This document shows positions 1-9,266 of a stretch of DNA of 64,000 bases, piece after piece. A program made the translations under genes and the position numbers. The notes under the pieces were generated by a model, which saw only the letters and a list, made by a program, of their open reading frames with translations, did not search any database and was not told the DNA's origin. Origin of the DNA: Bacillota bacterium (GTDB lineage: Bacteria > Bacillota_I > Bacilli_A > RFN20 > CAG-826). Within the stretch, counting starts at the first letter, position 1; each line of letters opens with the position of its first letter. The DNA lies in assembly GCA_039799785.1 (NCBI GenBank), contig JBDLRZ010000078.1, positions 2,973 through 66,972 of the forward strand, given 5' to 3'.

Positions 1-656
1 GTATCTAATAAAGTTCTGATTTTTTCTGGCATGACACTTGATAGCAAAACACAAATTCGTGGTAATTCATGCATCAAGCCTAATATTTTTTTGATGGCCT
101 TGGTCATTTTGGCAATCATTTGCTGAATATCATCATACTCACCAGCATCCATTTTTTGGTCAATAAAATTAACTTGATCATCAACGTATTTGAATAAATT
201 GTTGAATTGGATTTCTACTAAACTCAGCTGATTGATTTTTCCAAAATATTCACTACGGAGGTGACGGATCAGTTCTTTGACTTCTGCGATTAAAACCTTA
301 GTATCCTCTTCAGGTTTCATGATCATCGTCAACTCTTGCATTAACTTTTTAACGGCACTTTCAAAAACATCAAGCGTTATTCGAGTCGGTTGATATAACG
401 CATTAAAGGATTTGCCTTGATTATCTTTGACATACTGAGAAAGTTTATTGAGTTGATCTTTCGCTTTGTTATCGAGTTCATTTTTGATCATGTCGTGGGT
501 TTTAGAAATCCCATCAAAATAGCTGAAATATTCAAGATTATGCTTAGAAATCTTTTCTAAACGTTGGTAAATCGCGGCAGCCTGAACAAAAAAAAGAGCA
601 TGAGTATCTTGGTATCTTTTTTCTAATTCTTGAAAAGGTTTTTTAATAAATAACAT
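1..656 (-). CDS. Partial CDS running off the window start; charged, coiled-coil-like protein. The in-window start is uncertain and the frame is open up to 773. It sits where EzrA is found in Bacillus (next to rpsD), but no N-terminal TM segment is visible.
   Basis: Manual translation of the minus strand from ATG 656..654 gives MLFIKKPFQELEKRYQDTHALFFVQAAAIYQRLEKISKHNLEYFSYFDGISKTHDMIKNELDNKAKDQLNKL... with no stop through position 1. It is absent from the ORF track because it is truncated by the window edge. Confidence 0.4.
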   Translation of the reverse strand, partial: MLFIKKPFQELEKRYQDTHALFFVQAAAIYQRLEKISKHNLEYFSYFDGISKTHDMIKNELDNKAKDQLNKLSQYVKDNQGKSFNALYQPTRITLDVFESAVKKLMQELTMIMKPEEDTKVLIAEVKELIRHLRSEYFGKINQLSLVEIQFNNLFKYVDDQVNFIDQKMDAGEYDDIQQMIAKMTKAIKKILGLMHELPRICVLLSSVMPEKIRTLLD

Positions 657-776
657 ATGGATGGATAACTTCAATATAGCATATTCATTTAACTTGCGAT
701 GATTGACATCAATGCCACCTTTTTGTATAGTATGGAGGCATGTCAAAGCATGCATATACCGCTTGTCCGACCGCTA

Positions 777-890
777 AGACCAATGGAACAAAGTAACCTG
801 AGCTTAAAGGCGAAATGATTCTTAGCATCCGAAGCGTGGAGTGTGCACCTAGCTTTATGTCTGCAATAAAGAAAGGAGATTATATATCTC
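777..890 (+). promoter_or_regulatory. rpsD 5' leader/promoter region with RBS AAAGGAGA at about 869-876. Possible S4 autoregulatory leader.
   Basis: 114-nt untranslated region upstream of rpsD with a strong Shine-Dalgarno. S4 autoregulates through its leader in Bacillus. The structure was not verified. Confidence 0.3.
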
Positions 891-1496
891 ATGAGATTTA
901 GAGGTTCAGATTGGAAACGTTCGCGTCGTTTAGGATTTTCGACTTTAGAAACTGGTAAGGAATTAGCAAAACGTCCTTATGGTCCTGGTCAACACGGTCA
1001 AGGCCGTAAAAAGAAACCTTCGGAATACGGAAAACAACTTTTAGAAAAGCAAAAGTTACGCTTTACCTATGGCGTTAATGAACGTCAATTCCGTCGTTTA
1101 TTTTTAATCGCTTTAAAGTCTAAAGAAGTTACCGGTACACGCTTTATGCAAATTCTTGAATCCCGTTTAGACAATCTTGTCTTCCGTTTAGGCATTGCAA
1201 AAACTCGTAAAGCTGCTCGTCAATTAGTCAACCATGGTCACATTACGGTGAACGGTGCTAAGATTGATATTCCAAGTTACCTTTGCGAAGTGAATGATGT
1301 GATTGCCGTTGCTGAAAAGAGCAAAAACTTAGTGGCCATTAAAGCTTCACTTGCAAGTAATGCAGGAACCTTAGCCTATGTCACGATCGATAAAGAAAAA
1401 TTATCGGGTGTCTTTACGCGCTTCCCAGAAAGAAAAGAATTACCACAAGATATTAACGAAGCCCAAATCGTTGAATACTATAACCGTTTGTTGTAA
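891..1496 (+). CDS. rpsD: 30S ribosomal protein S4
   Basis: MRFRGSDWKRSRRLGFS...GQHGQGRKKKPSEYGKQL... S4 N-terminal and S4 RNA-binding domain motifs; about 200 aa. Confidence 0.95.
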   Translation: MRFRGSDWKRSRRLGFSTLETGKELAKRPYGPGQHGQGRKKKPSEYGKQLLEKQKLRFTYGVNERQFRRLFLIALKSKEVTGTRFMQILESRLDNLVFRLGIAKTRKAARQLVNHGHITVNGAKIDIPSYLCEVNDVIAVAEKSKNLVAIKASLASNAGTLAYVTIDKEKLSGVFTRFPERKELPQDINEAQIVEYYNRLL

Positions 1497-1516
1497 TCGA
1501 TCCATACTTGCAACAA

Positions 1517-1552
1517 TTAAAAAGCTTGGTAAGTCATACCAAGCTTTTTTTA
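1517..1552. terminator. Bidirectional rho-independent terminator shared by convergent rpsD (+) and tyrS (-).
   Basis: Perfect 10-bp stem aagcttggta/taccaagctt (1522-1531 / 1537-1546) with 5-nt loop, flanked by an A-run upstream and TTTTTTTATTT downstream. Confidence 0.65.
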
Positions 1553-1554
1553 TT

Positions 1555-2811
1555 TCAAGATTGAAGTTCAATCAAGACGTAAAGTTTTTTACCACGTCGA
1601 AGGACAACATATTTTCCAAATAGAGCTTGTTCTTTTTTAAGCGTATAGGAAAGTTGATTCATGGTTTCTCCATTGATACTGATGGATTGCCCTTGAATAA
1701 ATTCCCGTGCCTCTCTTTTACTTGAAGCTGCGGAGGTTTGGATCAATGCATCTTCTAGTAAGATACCCTCAGGTAAGTTGACTTTTAAGCCGCCTAATAC
1801 GGATAAAAGTTGAGATTCGTTTAAAGATTTAAATTGTCCTGTAAATAAGACTTCCGACATCATTTTAGCTTCATTGAGTTGCGCTTCTCCATGCAAGACT
1901 TTTACAATACCTGCTGCTAAATATTTTTGTGCAACGCGCTGACCCAAGTTTGCTTGATGTTGCGTTTCAATGTCTTTTAGTATTTGAAGCGAATCAAATG
2001 AAAAGACCTTTAAATAGTTTAACGCTGTAACATCATCCACATTATAGAAATATTGATAAATAGCGTACGGAGAGGTTAAAGAGGCATCTAAAAATAAAGC
2101 CCCATCCTCTGTTTTTCCAAACTTTTTGCCATCATTTCTGGTGATTAATGGTGTAGAAAATACACCTGCTTTTTTGTCAGATGTTCCTACTTTTCTGATT
2201 AATTCTAAACCACTCGTTAAATTGCCCCATTGGTCAGATCCACCAAATTGTAACTGGCAACCTTCACGTTGATAAAGGTGTAAAAAGTCAATCGATTGCA
2301 ATAACATATATGAAAATTCTGTATAGGATAACCCTGATTCTAATCGATTGGCAACCACATCTTTTGCAAGCATATAATTAATCGGAAAGAACTTTCCATA
2401 ATCTCGAAGATAATCAATCATGGACAGTTTCCCTAACCAGTCAACGTTATTCACCACAATGCCTTTTTTGGGATCTGAAAAATCTAAGTATCTTTCTAAT
2501 TGTTTTTTAATGGCGTTTGTATTGGCTTGGAGTGAGGCTTGATTCAAAAGATTTCGTTCCTTACTTTTGCCGGAAGGATCGCCAATCATCCCAGTAGCCC
2601 CTCCAACAACCGCAATGATGCGATGACCAGCTTGTTGTAATCGCATTAATATTGAGATTTGAACAAAGTTCCCTAAGTGCATCGAAATGGCACTCGGATC
2701 AAATCCGGAATAAATCGTGGTAGGTGTGCTTAACAATTGTCTAACTTCTTCTTCGTTAGAGGTGTCTTTAATTAACCCTCTTTGCTTTAATTCATCAAAT
2801 ATCGTAATCAT
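1555..2811 (-). CDS. tyrS: Tyrosyl-tRNA synthetase
   Basis: Class I aaRS HIGH-like region (SMHLGNFVQ), KMSKS-like KFGKTE, C-terminal S4 domain; 418 aa. Confidence 0.95.
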   Translation of the reverse strand: MITIFDELKQRGLIKDTSNEEEVRQLLSTPTTIYSGFDPSAISMHLGNFVQISILMRLQQAGHRIIAVVGGATGMIGDPSGKSKERNLLNQASLQANTNAIKKQLERYLDFSDPKKGIVVNNVDWLGKLSMIDYLRDYGKFFPINYMLAKDVVANRLESGLSYTEFSYMLLQSIDFLHLYQREGCQLQFGGSDQWGNLTSGLELIRKVGTSDKKAGVFSTPLITRNDGKKFGKTEDGALFLDASLTSPYAIYQYFYNVDDVTALNYLKVFSFDSLQILKDIETQHQANLGQRVAQKYLAAGIVKVLHGEAQLNEAKMMSEVLFTGQFKSLNESQLLSVLGGLKVNLPEGILLEDALIQTSAASSKREAREFIQGQSISINGETMNQLSYTLKKEQALFGKYVVLRRGKKLYVLIELQS

Positions 2812-2813
2812 AT

Positions 2814-3812
2814 TTAAAATAAGGTACTCGCTCGTTTGACGAAAGTCGATTCAAACTCGAGGTTCTTCTCCTTTTGTTCATCCGTAAATAAACCCGATAA
2901 CATCGTAACAGCTTTTGATCCTACTTCTTTCAAATCTAAATGTAAACTCGAAAGTTGCGGACGAATAATGGAGACATATTTGGTACCGATAATGGATAAC
3001 ACTTCAACATCTTGAGGCACTCTTAAACCAGAATCAATCGCCGCATTAATCACTGCAGCTGCAAGTGAATCTCGATACGCTAAAAAATAACCAGATTTAG
3101 TCGATTTAAAGATTTCCATAAAATCTGCATAAGTTTGACGATAGGAATCTTCAATGGAGAAGACACCATAATTTTTCCCAGCCTTGATATGTGCATCAAT
3201 AAAGGATTTTTCAATTCTTTCTAACAGGCGTCCAGAATGATGCAAATGTAAGAAATACATTTTCTTACTGCCTTTTTTGAAATATTGTTGAATCACTTCT
3301 TTGATCTTCTTTTCATAATCAAAATTAATGGACGCTAATCGTTCACCTTTAACTTGGTTGTTAATCACGACAAGCGGAATTTTATAACTAGCAAGTTTGT
3401 TAATATCTTCATTATCCAATTCATCATCAAAAATAATCGCGCCATCCACATGTGAGGTAATGACCTTTTCAACAACTTGTAACGCATCTTCTTTGGATTT
3501 GTTGGTGACAAAGAGAGTCAGTTGATAACCTCTTAACTTTGCTTCGTCCGTCATGCCGTTTAACATGTTAGCGATATAAACATAGTTGGCACTGGGAATG
3601 ACAATCCCAATATTGGTGGTCTTGTTCGTCGCTAAAGCTTGCGCTAGTCGAGAAGGTTTATAACCTAACCTCGCGATGGTTTCTTCAACTTTTTTTCTTG
3701 TTTTTTCTGTTACATTTGAATTGTTGTTAATGACACGAGAAACCGTTGCAAGTGATACACCACTTGCCACTGCCACTTCATAAATCGTCACGCGATCTTT
3801 CATATTGTTCAT
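2814..3812 (-). CDS. ccpA: LacI-family transcriptional regulator, CcpA-like
   Basis: N-terminal HTH TIYEVAVASGVSLATVSRVINNNSNVTEKTRKKVEETIARLGYKPSRLAQALA closely resembles the B. subtilis CcpA N-terminus; periplasmic-binding-fold sugar domain; synteny next to tyrS/rpsD as in Bacillus. The stop is 2 nt before the tyrS start. Confidence 0.65.
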   Translation of the reverse strand: MNNMKDRVTIYEVAVASGVSLATVSRVINNNSNVTEKTRKKVEETIARLGYKPSRLAQALATNKTTNIGIVIPSANYVYIANMLNGMTDEAKLRGYQLTLFVTNKSKEDALQVVEKVITSHVDGAIIFDDELDNEDINKLASYKIPLVVINNQVKGERLASINFDYEKKIKEVIQQYFKKGSKKMYFLHLHHSGRLLERIEKSFIDAHIKAGKNYGVFSIEDSYRQTYADFMEIFKSTKSGYFLAYRDSLAAAVINAAIDSGLRVPQDVEVLSIIGTKYVSIIRPQLSSLHLDLKEVGSKAVTMLSGLFTDEQKEKNLEFESTFVKRASTLF

Positions 3813-3830
3813 AACAATGAACCCCCTATG

Positions 3831-3846
3831 ATGAAAACACTTTCAT
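3831..3846. promoter_or_regulatory. cre-like palindromic operator (ATGAAAACACTTTCAT) upstream of the ccpA-like gene.
   Basis: Inverted repeat ATGAAA-ACAC-TTTCAT matching cre consensus TGWAANCGNTNWCA with one mismatch, located 19-34 nt upstream of the regulator start codon. Confidence 0.35.
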
Positions 3847-3897
3847 TATAAATGAAAATTTACATTAAAACAAATGAAGATGTGTAATTTTTTTACA

Positions 3898-4995
3898 TTA
3901 CTTGGAAGCAAAAGGGACGTCTTTTAAGCGTGTTGATGGAATAAGACCCCGACCAACTTTAGCCTCAGGTTTACCATTCAACATCACTAAATCGCCGGTA
4001 AAGTTTGTGCGTAAGGTCACTAAATACAAACCAACGCCATATAAATTAACTGGCGCATTTTCTTTTTCAAACCAAGCAATTTTTTCTGGATTAAATCCAG
4101 ATGACACAATAATTTGGACGTGGCTAAAACCTTCACCATCCAAAGCTTTTCTTAATCCATGAATCAACCAAGGATTGACCCCGTGAGGATCCCCTTGTTT
4201 GAGAGGATTTTTTTCAAAGTATCGATCGATTAAACTACTGGATGTATCGACTCTAACTGCTTTTAATCGTTCCCTAAATCTTCTAGCAACTTTTAAACTG
4301 TCTGTAATGACGTCGTTATTGTAATCCACGAGTGCGGTAATTTTTTCTTGAGGAAATTGTTCACCATAATACTCACATGCTTTGACAATATCGCCCTTAC
4401 ACATTTGAATGAGAGCATGTGGCATGGTTCCCATTCCTTTACCACCCCACCAAGCGGCCTGAGCATCGGTACTCACTCTATCAATACCCATGATAAAGGA
4501 AGCATAACCGTCTCCACTTTGTGTATGATAATCATCTTGACGATCAGCCATTGAAAATACAGGTTTACCATTGGCTACTTTTAATACTTCTTTTGTGTTG
4601 GTGGCAACTGAAGACCTACGAGATAAGATGCCATCGATCGTTGATTCTAGGAAACCAAAATCTTCATATGCACCCGTGATGCGAAGAACAGGTTCTTTAC
4701 TTTGTACTTCATCTCCATCTTCTAAAGCTTCGATGCGTAATTGTTCAGGATGATGGGCAAATGTGTGAATCAAGGCAATCACTTCATCCAAACCGCACAC
4801 AGTTAAATTGGGTTGCCATTGGAAAAATTGCATCGTTACAATTTGTTTTGGCATAAAGCGTTCTATAATTGCTTGGGTTTTTAAAAAGTAATTTGCCGTG
4901 TAAAAACCCTTGCGAATTGATTCTGGAAATTGAAACGTTTGATTCGTTAAGCGAGCGATTTTTTTACTCTTCTTAAGCTCAATTTCATTGACCAT
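3898..4995 (-). CDS. pncB: Nicotinate phosphoribosyltransferase family protein (NAPRTase-like). Start probably MVNEIELKK at 4995 rather than 5043.
   Basis: LVDYNNDVITD and VRVDTSSSLID resemble the LVDTYDT and IRLDSGD motifs of PncB-type NAPRTases; about 365 aa. Confidence 0.5.
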   Translation of the reverse strand: MVNEIELKKSKKIARLTNQTFQFPESIRKGFYTANYFLKTQAIIERFMPKQIVTMQFFQWQPNLTVCGLDEVIALIHTFAHHPEQLRIEALEDGDEVQSKEPVLRITGAYEDFGFLESTIDGILSRRSSVATNTKEVLKVANGKPVFSMADRQDDYHTQSGDGYASFIMGIDRVSTDAQAAWWGGKGMGTMPHALIQMCKGDIVKACEYYGEQFPQEKITALVDYNNDVITDSLKVARRFRERLKAVRVDTSSSLIDRYFEKNPLKQGDPHGVNPWLIHGLRKALDGEGFSHVQIIVSSGFNPEKIAWFEKENAPVNLYGVGLYLVTLRTNFTGDLVMLNGKPEAKVGRGLIPSTRLKDVPFASK

Positions 4996-5584
4996 AAAAA
5001 TCCTTTCCAATAGGAGTTTCTTTCGGAAGTACGTAAACCCCAACTTGTGTCTCAGGTGAGATGCCTAATGTTTTTTGGGAACAAAACATCCCTTGAGATT
5101 TTTCCTTCATCATCAATCCTTCTTCAATCATCTGACCATCTAATAACATCGCACCAGGTAACGCAACAACGACCTTATCATTCGCTTTTACTTTTGTTGA
5201 ATTTGTGACAACTTGGATAGAAGTAGTGCCAAGATTAACTTGGCAAATCCATAAGTTATCCGCATCCGGATGAGCTTCCAACTGAGTGATCGCACCAACG
5301 GTAAAACCGGAATGAAAACCCGGTAATACAAAGGATATGCCATTTTTAAGTAAGTGTTGATTTAAGATTTCAATGTCTTGATTTGAAAACTGACGAATGA
5401 TTCCTTTAGGTAGATTGGGTAATAAATTTAAAGGTTGTTGGATATTCATCCCAATCAATTGATCTTGATGGTAAATGATAACGACATGATCTTTGATGAC
5501 ATGATGCGTTGGTTGTAAAGGTGCTTTCAAATATATTGCGAGTTGATCACCGAGTGTGAGAGGTTGATAAACGTAATTAACCAT
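4985..5584 (-). CDS. ytpR: tRNA-binding domain protein (YtpR/CsaA/EMAP-like)
   Basis: C-terminal OB-fold tRNA-binding motif VGAITQLEAHPDADNLWICQVNLG; synteny with ytoP. Confidence 0.7.
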   Translation of the reverse strand: MVNYVYQPLTLGDQLAIYLKAPLQPTHHVIKDHVVIIYHQDQLIGMNIQQPLNLLPNLPKGIIRQFSNQDIEILNQHLLKNGISFVLPGFHSGFTVGAITQLEAHPDADNLWICQVNLGTTSIQVVTNSTKVKANDKVVVALPGAMLLDGQMIEEGLMMKEKSQGMFCSQKTLGISPETQVGVYVLPKETPIGKDFYGQ

Positions 5585-6665
5585 GATGATCTTCTTTCGC
5601 CAAGCGATCCATCAAATTGGGTTTGAGTTGTTTAAGCATTTTTAACAATGTTTTTTTACTTGCTTCAAAATCCCGGGTATCTAATATCGTTTGGGAGGAA
5701 TGGATACTACGGGCAACGATGCAATGCGTTAAGGTCATAATACCTGATAAATTTTTATGAACCGCGCCAGCATCTGTTCCACCAGGAGAAGAATAAAATT
5801 GAAAAGGAACTTTAGCAGCGATTGCCATTTTTTCTTGCCATGCTAATAAGGTTGGTCTTGCGATCATCGATGCATCAATATAACGTAATAATAATCCGCC
5901 ACCTAATTGCCCTTGTTCGCTAGCGTCACCGCTTGAATCACGAGCTGGTGAACAATCTAAAACAATCGCTAAATCTGGCGCAATCATCGTAGAGCTGGTG
6001 GTTGCACCTCTCAGTCCAACTTCTTCTTGGACCGAAGCACCAACATATAAATCAAAAGGTAATGATTTATTCTTTAAAGCTTTTAAAATCACCAATCCCA
6101 TCACCAAACTGTATCGATTATCAAATGCTTTTCCTAATATTCTTGTGCCACCTTGTAAGAGAGAAAAATTCGTTGCATAGGTCACCATATCACCAGGTTT
6201 TACACCAAGTTTTTGAGCCTCGTCCTTACTTGTAAATCCAAAATCGACATAGACACTTTCGACTGTGGGAATGCCTTGATGAACATCTTTAAGTAGGTGG
6301 GGGGGCGTGGTGTCAACCGCGCCTAGAAATACCTTACCTTCGCGTGTTGTTAAGTGCATGCGTTGTGATGTTAAGGTTAGAGGATTAATACCGCCGATTG
6401 GAACAATTTTAATCATCCCATTGGATTGAATGTGACTAACCATAAAACCAACTTCATCCATGTGTCCGAGAATTAATACTTTCTTTGCATTCGGTATACT
6501 ACTTTTTTTAACGGCAAACACACTACCTAAATGATCGGTTTGCGTTTGATATCCTAAGGATTGATACGCTTGCAGTAAAAATGATGCAACCTGATTTTCT
6601 TGACCAGAGATTGCATTTAATTCGGATAAAATTTTAAAGTGTTTTAATTCAAATGCATTCAGCAT
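5577..6665 (-). CDS. M42 family aminopeptidase (YtoP/PepA-like)
   Basis: LGHMDEVGFMV motif and overall M42 architecture; 362 aa. Confidence 0.8.
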   Translation of the reverse strand: MLNAFELKHFKILSELNAISGQENQVASFLLQAYQSLGYQTQTDHLGSVFAVKKSSIPNAKKVLILGHMDEVGFMVSHIQSNGMIKIVPIGGINPLTLTSQRMHLTTREGKVFLGAVDTTPPHLLKDVHQGIPTVESVYVDFGFTSKDEAQKLGVKPGDMVTYATNFSLLQGGTRILGKAFDNRYSLVMGLVILKALKNKSLPFDLYVGASVQEEVGLRGATTSSTMIAPDLAIVLDCSPARDSSGDASEQGQLGGGLLLRYIDASMIARPTLLAWQEKMAIAAKVPFQFYSSPGGTDAGAVHKNLSGIMTLTHCIVARSIHSSQTILDTRDFEASKKTLLKMLKQLKPNLMDRLAKEDHHG

Positions 6666-6667
6666 GA

Positions 6668-7288
6668 TTACTCCTTTTGAGCGATAAGGCGATAGATTGG
6701 CTCAGAAGTCTTACGAAAAAAACTTTCATATTCCGTCATAATATCTGTCGATTCAACGGCAACATAAGGTTGCTGAATCTGAACTATATTATAAGACATT
6801 TGGTTTAGATTCCCTATGGAAAACATAAACAAATCTAAGTTATCAGTTTTCATGATGATCTTACCTTTTGGTTTGAGAATGCGTGTGATTTTTTGCAAAT
6901 TACCCAATGCTGTTAATCGACGCTTGTGATGACGTAATTTGGGCCATGGATCTGAAAAATTTAAATAAATTTCATCAAAAAAAGAGTCAGGAATGATGAA
7001 AGATGCTTTTGCAAAATCACCTAAAATTAATTTCACATTTAAGGTTTCGGATAATAAGACTTTTTTTAAGGCAAAAGCGATAACGGTTGTCACACGTTCG
7101 ACGCCATAAAAAAAAGTTTGAGGTTGCTGTAAACTTTTGCCTGCAATAAAATCACCCTTACCTGTACCGATTTCTAAAGCATAATGATGAAATCCATTTT
7201 TTTCGATAATCGGATCTTGGTCGGTTTGCACCAATTCCGGGTGCTCAGCTATCAGTGGTTTAGCCCAAGGCTTACTTTTTAGGCGCAT
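6668..7288 (-). CDS. trmB: tRNA (guanine46-N7)-methyltransferase
   Basis: FSDPWPK motif and SAM-binding IGTGKGDF; about 206 aa. Confidence 0.85.
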   Translation of the reverse strand: MRLKSKPWAKPLIAEHPELVQTDQDPIIEKNGFHHYALEIGTGKGDFIAGKSLQQPQTFFYGVERVTTVIAFALKKVLLSETLNVKLILGDFAKASFIIPDSFFDEIYLNFSDPWPKLRHHKRRLTALGNLQKITRILKPKGKIIMKTDNLDLFMFSIGNLNQMSYNIVQIQQPYVAVESTDIMTEYESFFRKTSEPIYRLIAQKE

Positions 7289-8645
7289 GGAGTTGGCCTA
7301 AATCAAAGATTGCCCGAGCGTAGATTGCCATCGAGTTGGTGTAGTCTTCAAGATCAATTTTTTCATCATTTTCATGAATGAAATCTTCTTTGGTTGGAAA
7401 TTTGCTACCGAATGCAACGGTATTTTTAGCCTCTTTTGCATAGGTTCCACCACCAATCGTAATGATAGGTGTGACTTTATCACCCGTTTCATCTTGATAG
7501 GCTTTCAATAAAGTTTGAATCATCGGTGCCTTTGGATCAAAGACGAGCATTGGGGAGGTTGACAAAGTTTTAAATTGTAAGGGGGCTGGGGTTTGCAACT
7601 TCATCTTTTTTTCCACTTCTTCATACTTCACGGATTCAGGATAACGATAGTTTGCAACTAAAGAAAAATGATGACCGTCATATGAAATGAGTCCAATATT
7701 ATTGGTGGTTTCTTTGAGTAATGGGCCTTTTGCATCGATGCCTAAATTTTTACCCGTAAAGTCTTCATATTGTTTAGCGATCGTGTTTAATGGTTCTTGT
7801 GGGAATGCTTTTGCTAAAAAAGATAACAAGGCAGTCCCAGCATTTTTACCTAATTGGGGTAAGGAACCGTGTGCAGCTTTTCCATGAAAGGTAATGGTCG
7901 TTTTTGAACCATTGACGTTAATCTCATGTGGAAAACCAAATTGGTTTAAAGCGCGTTCTAATGAAAATAAAGTATCGACAACCGCAACGGCTTTATCAAT
8001 GACAGAATTAGCAACAATGCCTGCTTTAATCGAATGTATGCCACGAAGATGGACGTGACCCAATATTTCAAAGTTACTGATGCCTTTTTCTCCATAAATC
8101 AAAGGGAAATTACCATCTGGTGTAAAGCCTGCCACCGCATAAGGTTTCTTTAATTGATGAAAATAGTATTTCAGACATCCACTGCCTTTTTCTTCATTGC
8201 CACCAATGACAAGTTTGACTTGAAAGCCTTGAATTAATTTTTTATCTTTTAACATCTTGATTGCGTAATACGAAGCTAACGCTGGACCTTTGTCATCACT
8301 CGTCCCACGTCCATACATCCGTTCATTTTCAATCACCGCACCAAAAGGGGGGTGTTTCCAACCTTCAGCAACTGGAACCACATCACTATGCGCATAGACT
8401 GCAATTTGTGGACCAGTTCCATAGGTAATTTCGGTAACGTGACCATCGCAATAGTCAACTTGAAAACCGTCTTTTTCTGCAAGTTTTCCAATAAATTGTA
8501 AAGCTTGATAAACCGTTTCTCCGTAGGGTTTACCTTTGGTAATCGTACGTTCATCATGGATGGAAGGAATTTGAATCCATCGTTGCAATTGTTGAATCGC
8601 TTCTTGATGATATCCCTTTAGAAATTGAGAAAATTGTGATGCCAT
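7272..8645 (-). CDS. pepV: M20 family dipeptidase PepV-like
   Basis: AHSDVVPV and GRGTSDDKGP metal-binding motifs of M20 peptidases; 457 aa. Confidence 0.8.
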   Translation of the reverse strand: MASQFSQFLKGYHQEAIQQLQRWIQIPSIHDERTITKGKPYGETVYQALQFIGKLAEKDGFQVDYCDGHVTEITYGTGPQIAVYAHSDVVPVAEGWKHPPFGAVIENERMYGRGTSDDKGPALASYYAIKMLKDKKLIQGFQVKLVIGGNEEKGSGCLKYYFHQLKKPYAVAGFTPDGNFPLIYGEKGISNFEILGHVHLRGIHSIKAGIVANSVIDKAVAVVDTLFSLERALNQFGFPHEINVNGSKTTITFHGKAAHGSLPQLGKNAGTALLSFLAKAFPQEPLNTIAKQYEDFTGKNLGIDAKGPLLKETTNNIGLISYDGHHFSLVANYRYPESVKYEEVEKKMKLQTPAPLQFKTLSTSPMLVFDPKAPMIQTLLKAYQDETGDKVTPIITIGGGTYAKEAKNTVAFGSKFPTKEDFIHENDEKIDLEDYTNSMAIYARAIFDLGQLHAPKK

Positions 8646-8657
8646 GTTTGCATCCTC

Positions 8658-9266
8658 CTAATCTTGTGATAAAAAGCGTCTAATGGAACGAACATTAAAT
8701 AAGGTTATATATAGAACTGGAATCAGCACTGCTGCTAGTAAAGCTTCTAACAAACCATTAAGACCCAAAATAAACCAAATTAAATTAAACAGATTACCAA
8801 ACGTTTCTACAAATGCTGCACTTTCAAAAATCCATAGCATCGATAAAACCAGGACTGTATGGATAAGCGTTGCTAGAAATGCTCCAAAACTAATGGCAAT
8901 CCATTGTAAGGGACCTTTAAATTGTTTGGCGAAGGTCAAAATAAAACCTGCGAATAAACCAAAGATAATTCTAGGAAAAATTGAAATCATCGGATTAATA
9001 AAAAATAAATCAGTGGGTAGTGGAGTGGGATTGGTTAACACGACCAATAACGAAACCACGCCAAACGTTAAACCAAACAACGTAGCGGATCGTGTGGATA
9101 ACAAAATAGCACCCAACAAGACAGGTAAATGTATGAGCGTGATGGATACACCAGCACCTAACGGCAAAAATCCAAACAAAGGAACAAATCCCATGATGGC
9201 AATCAATGCAATAAACATGCTATGAATCGTAAGTTTTCTAATTTGGTTTCTTGTGGTTAATTGCAT
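8658..9266 (-). CDS. Small polytopic membrane protein, probable ECF-transporter S component. Candidate pantothenate S component (PanT) because it is linked to coaX.
   Basis: About 6 TM helices in 202 aa; overlaps the end of coaX by 10 nt (operon). Confidence 0.45.
   Translation of the reverse strand: MQLTTRNQIRKLTIHSMFIALIAIMGFVPLFGFLPLGAGVSITLIHLPVLLGAILLSTRSATLFGLTFGVVSLLVVLTNPTPLPTDLFFINPMISIFPRIIFGLFAGFILTFAKQFKGPLQWIAISFGAFLATLIHTVLVLSMLWIFESAAFVETFGNLFNLIWFILGLNGLLEALLAAVLIPVLYITLFNVRSIRRFLSQD

Noticed and set aside
1378-1623. 81-aa ORF overlapping the rpsD 3' end and terminator
   Set aside because: Out-of-frame overlap with the highly conserved S4 C-terminus, and it runs through the terminator hairpin. 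Spurious.
8683-9225. 180-aa plus-strand ORF antisense to the ECF-S-like membrane gene
   Set aside because: Low-complexity Asn/Lys-rich translation typical of antisense frames of AT-rich membrane genes. The sense gene has operon context with coaX.
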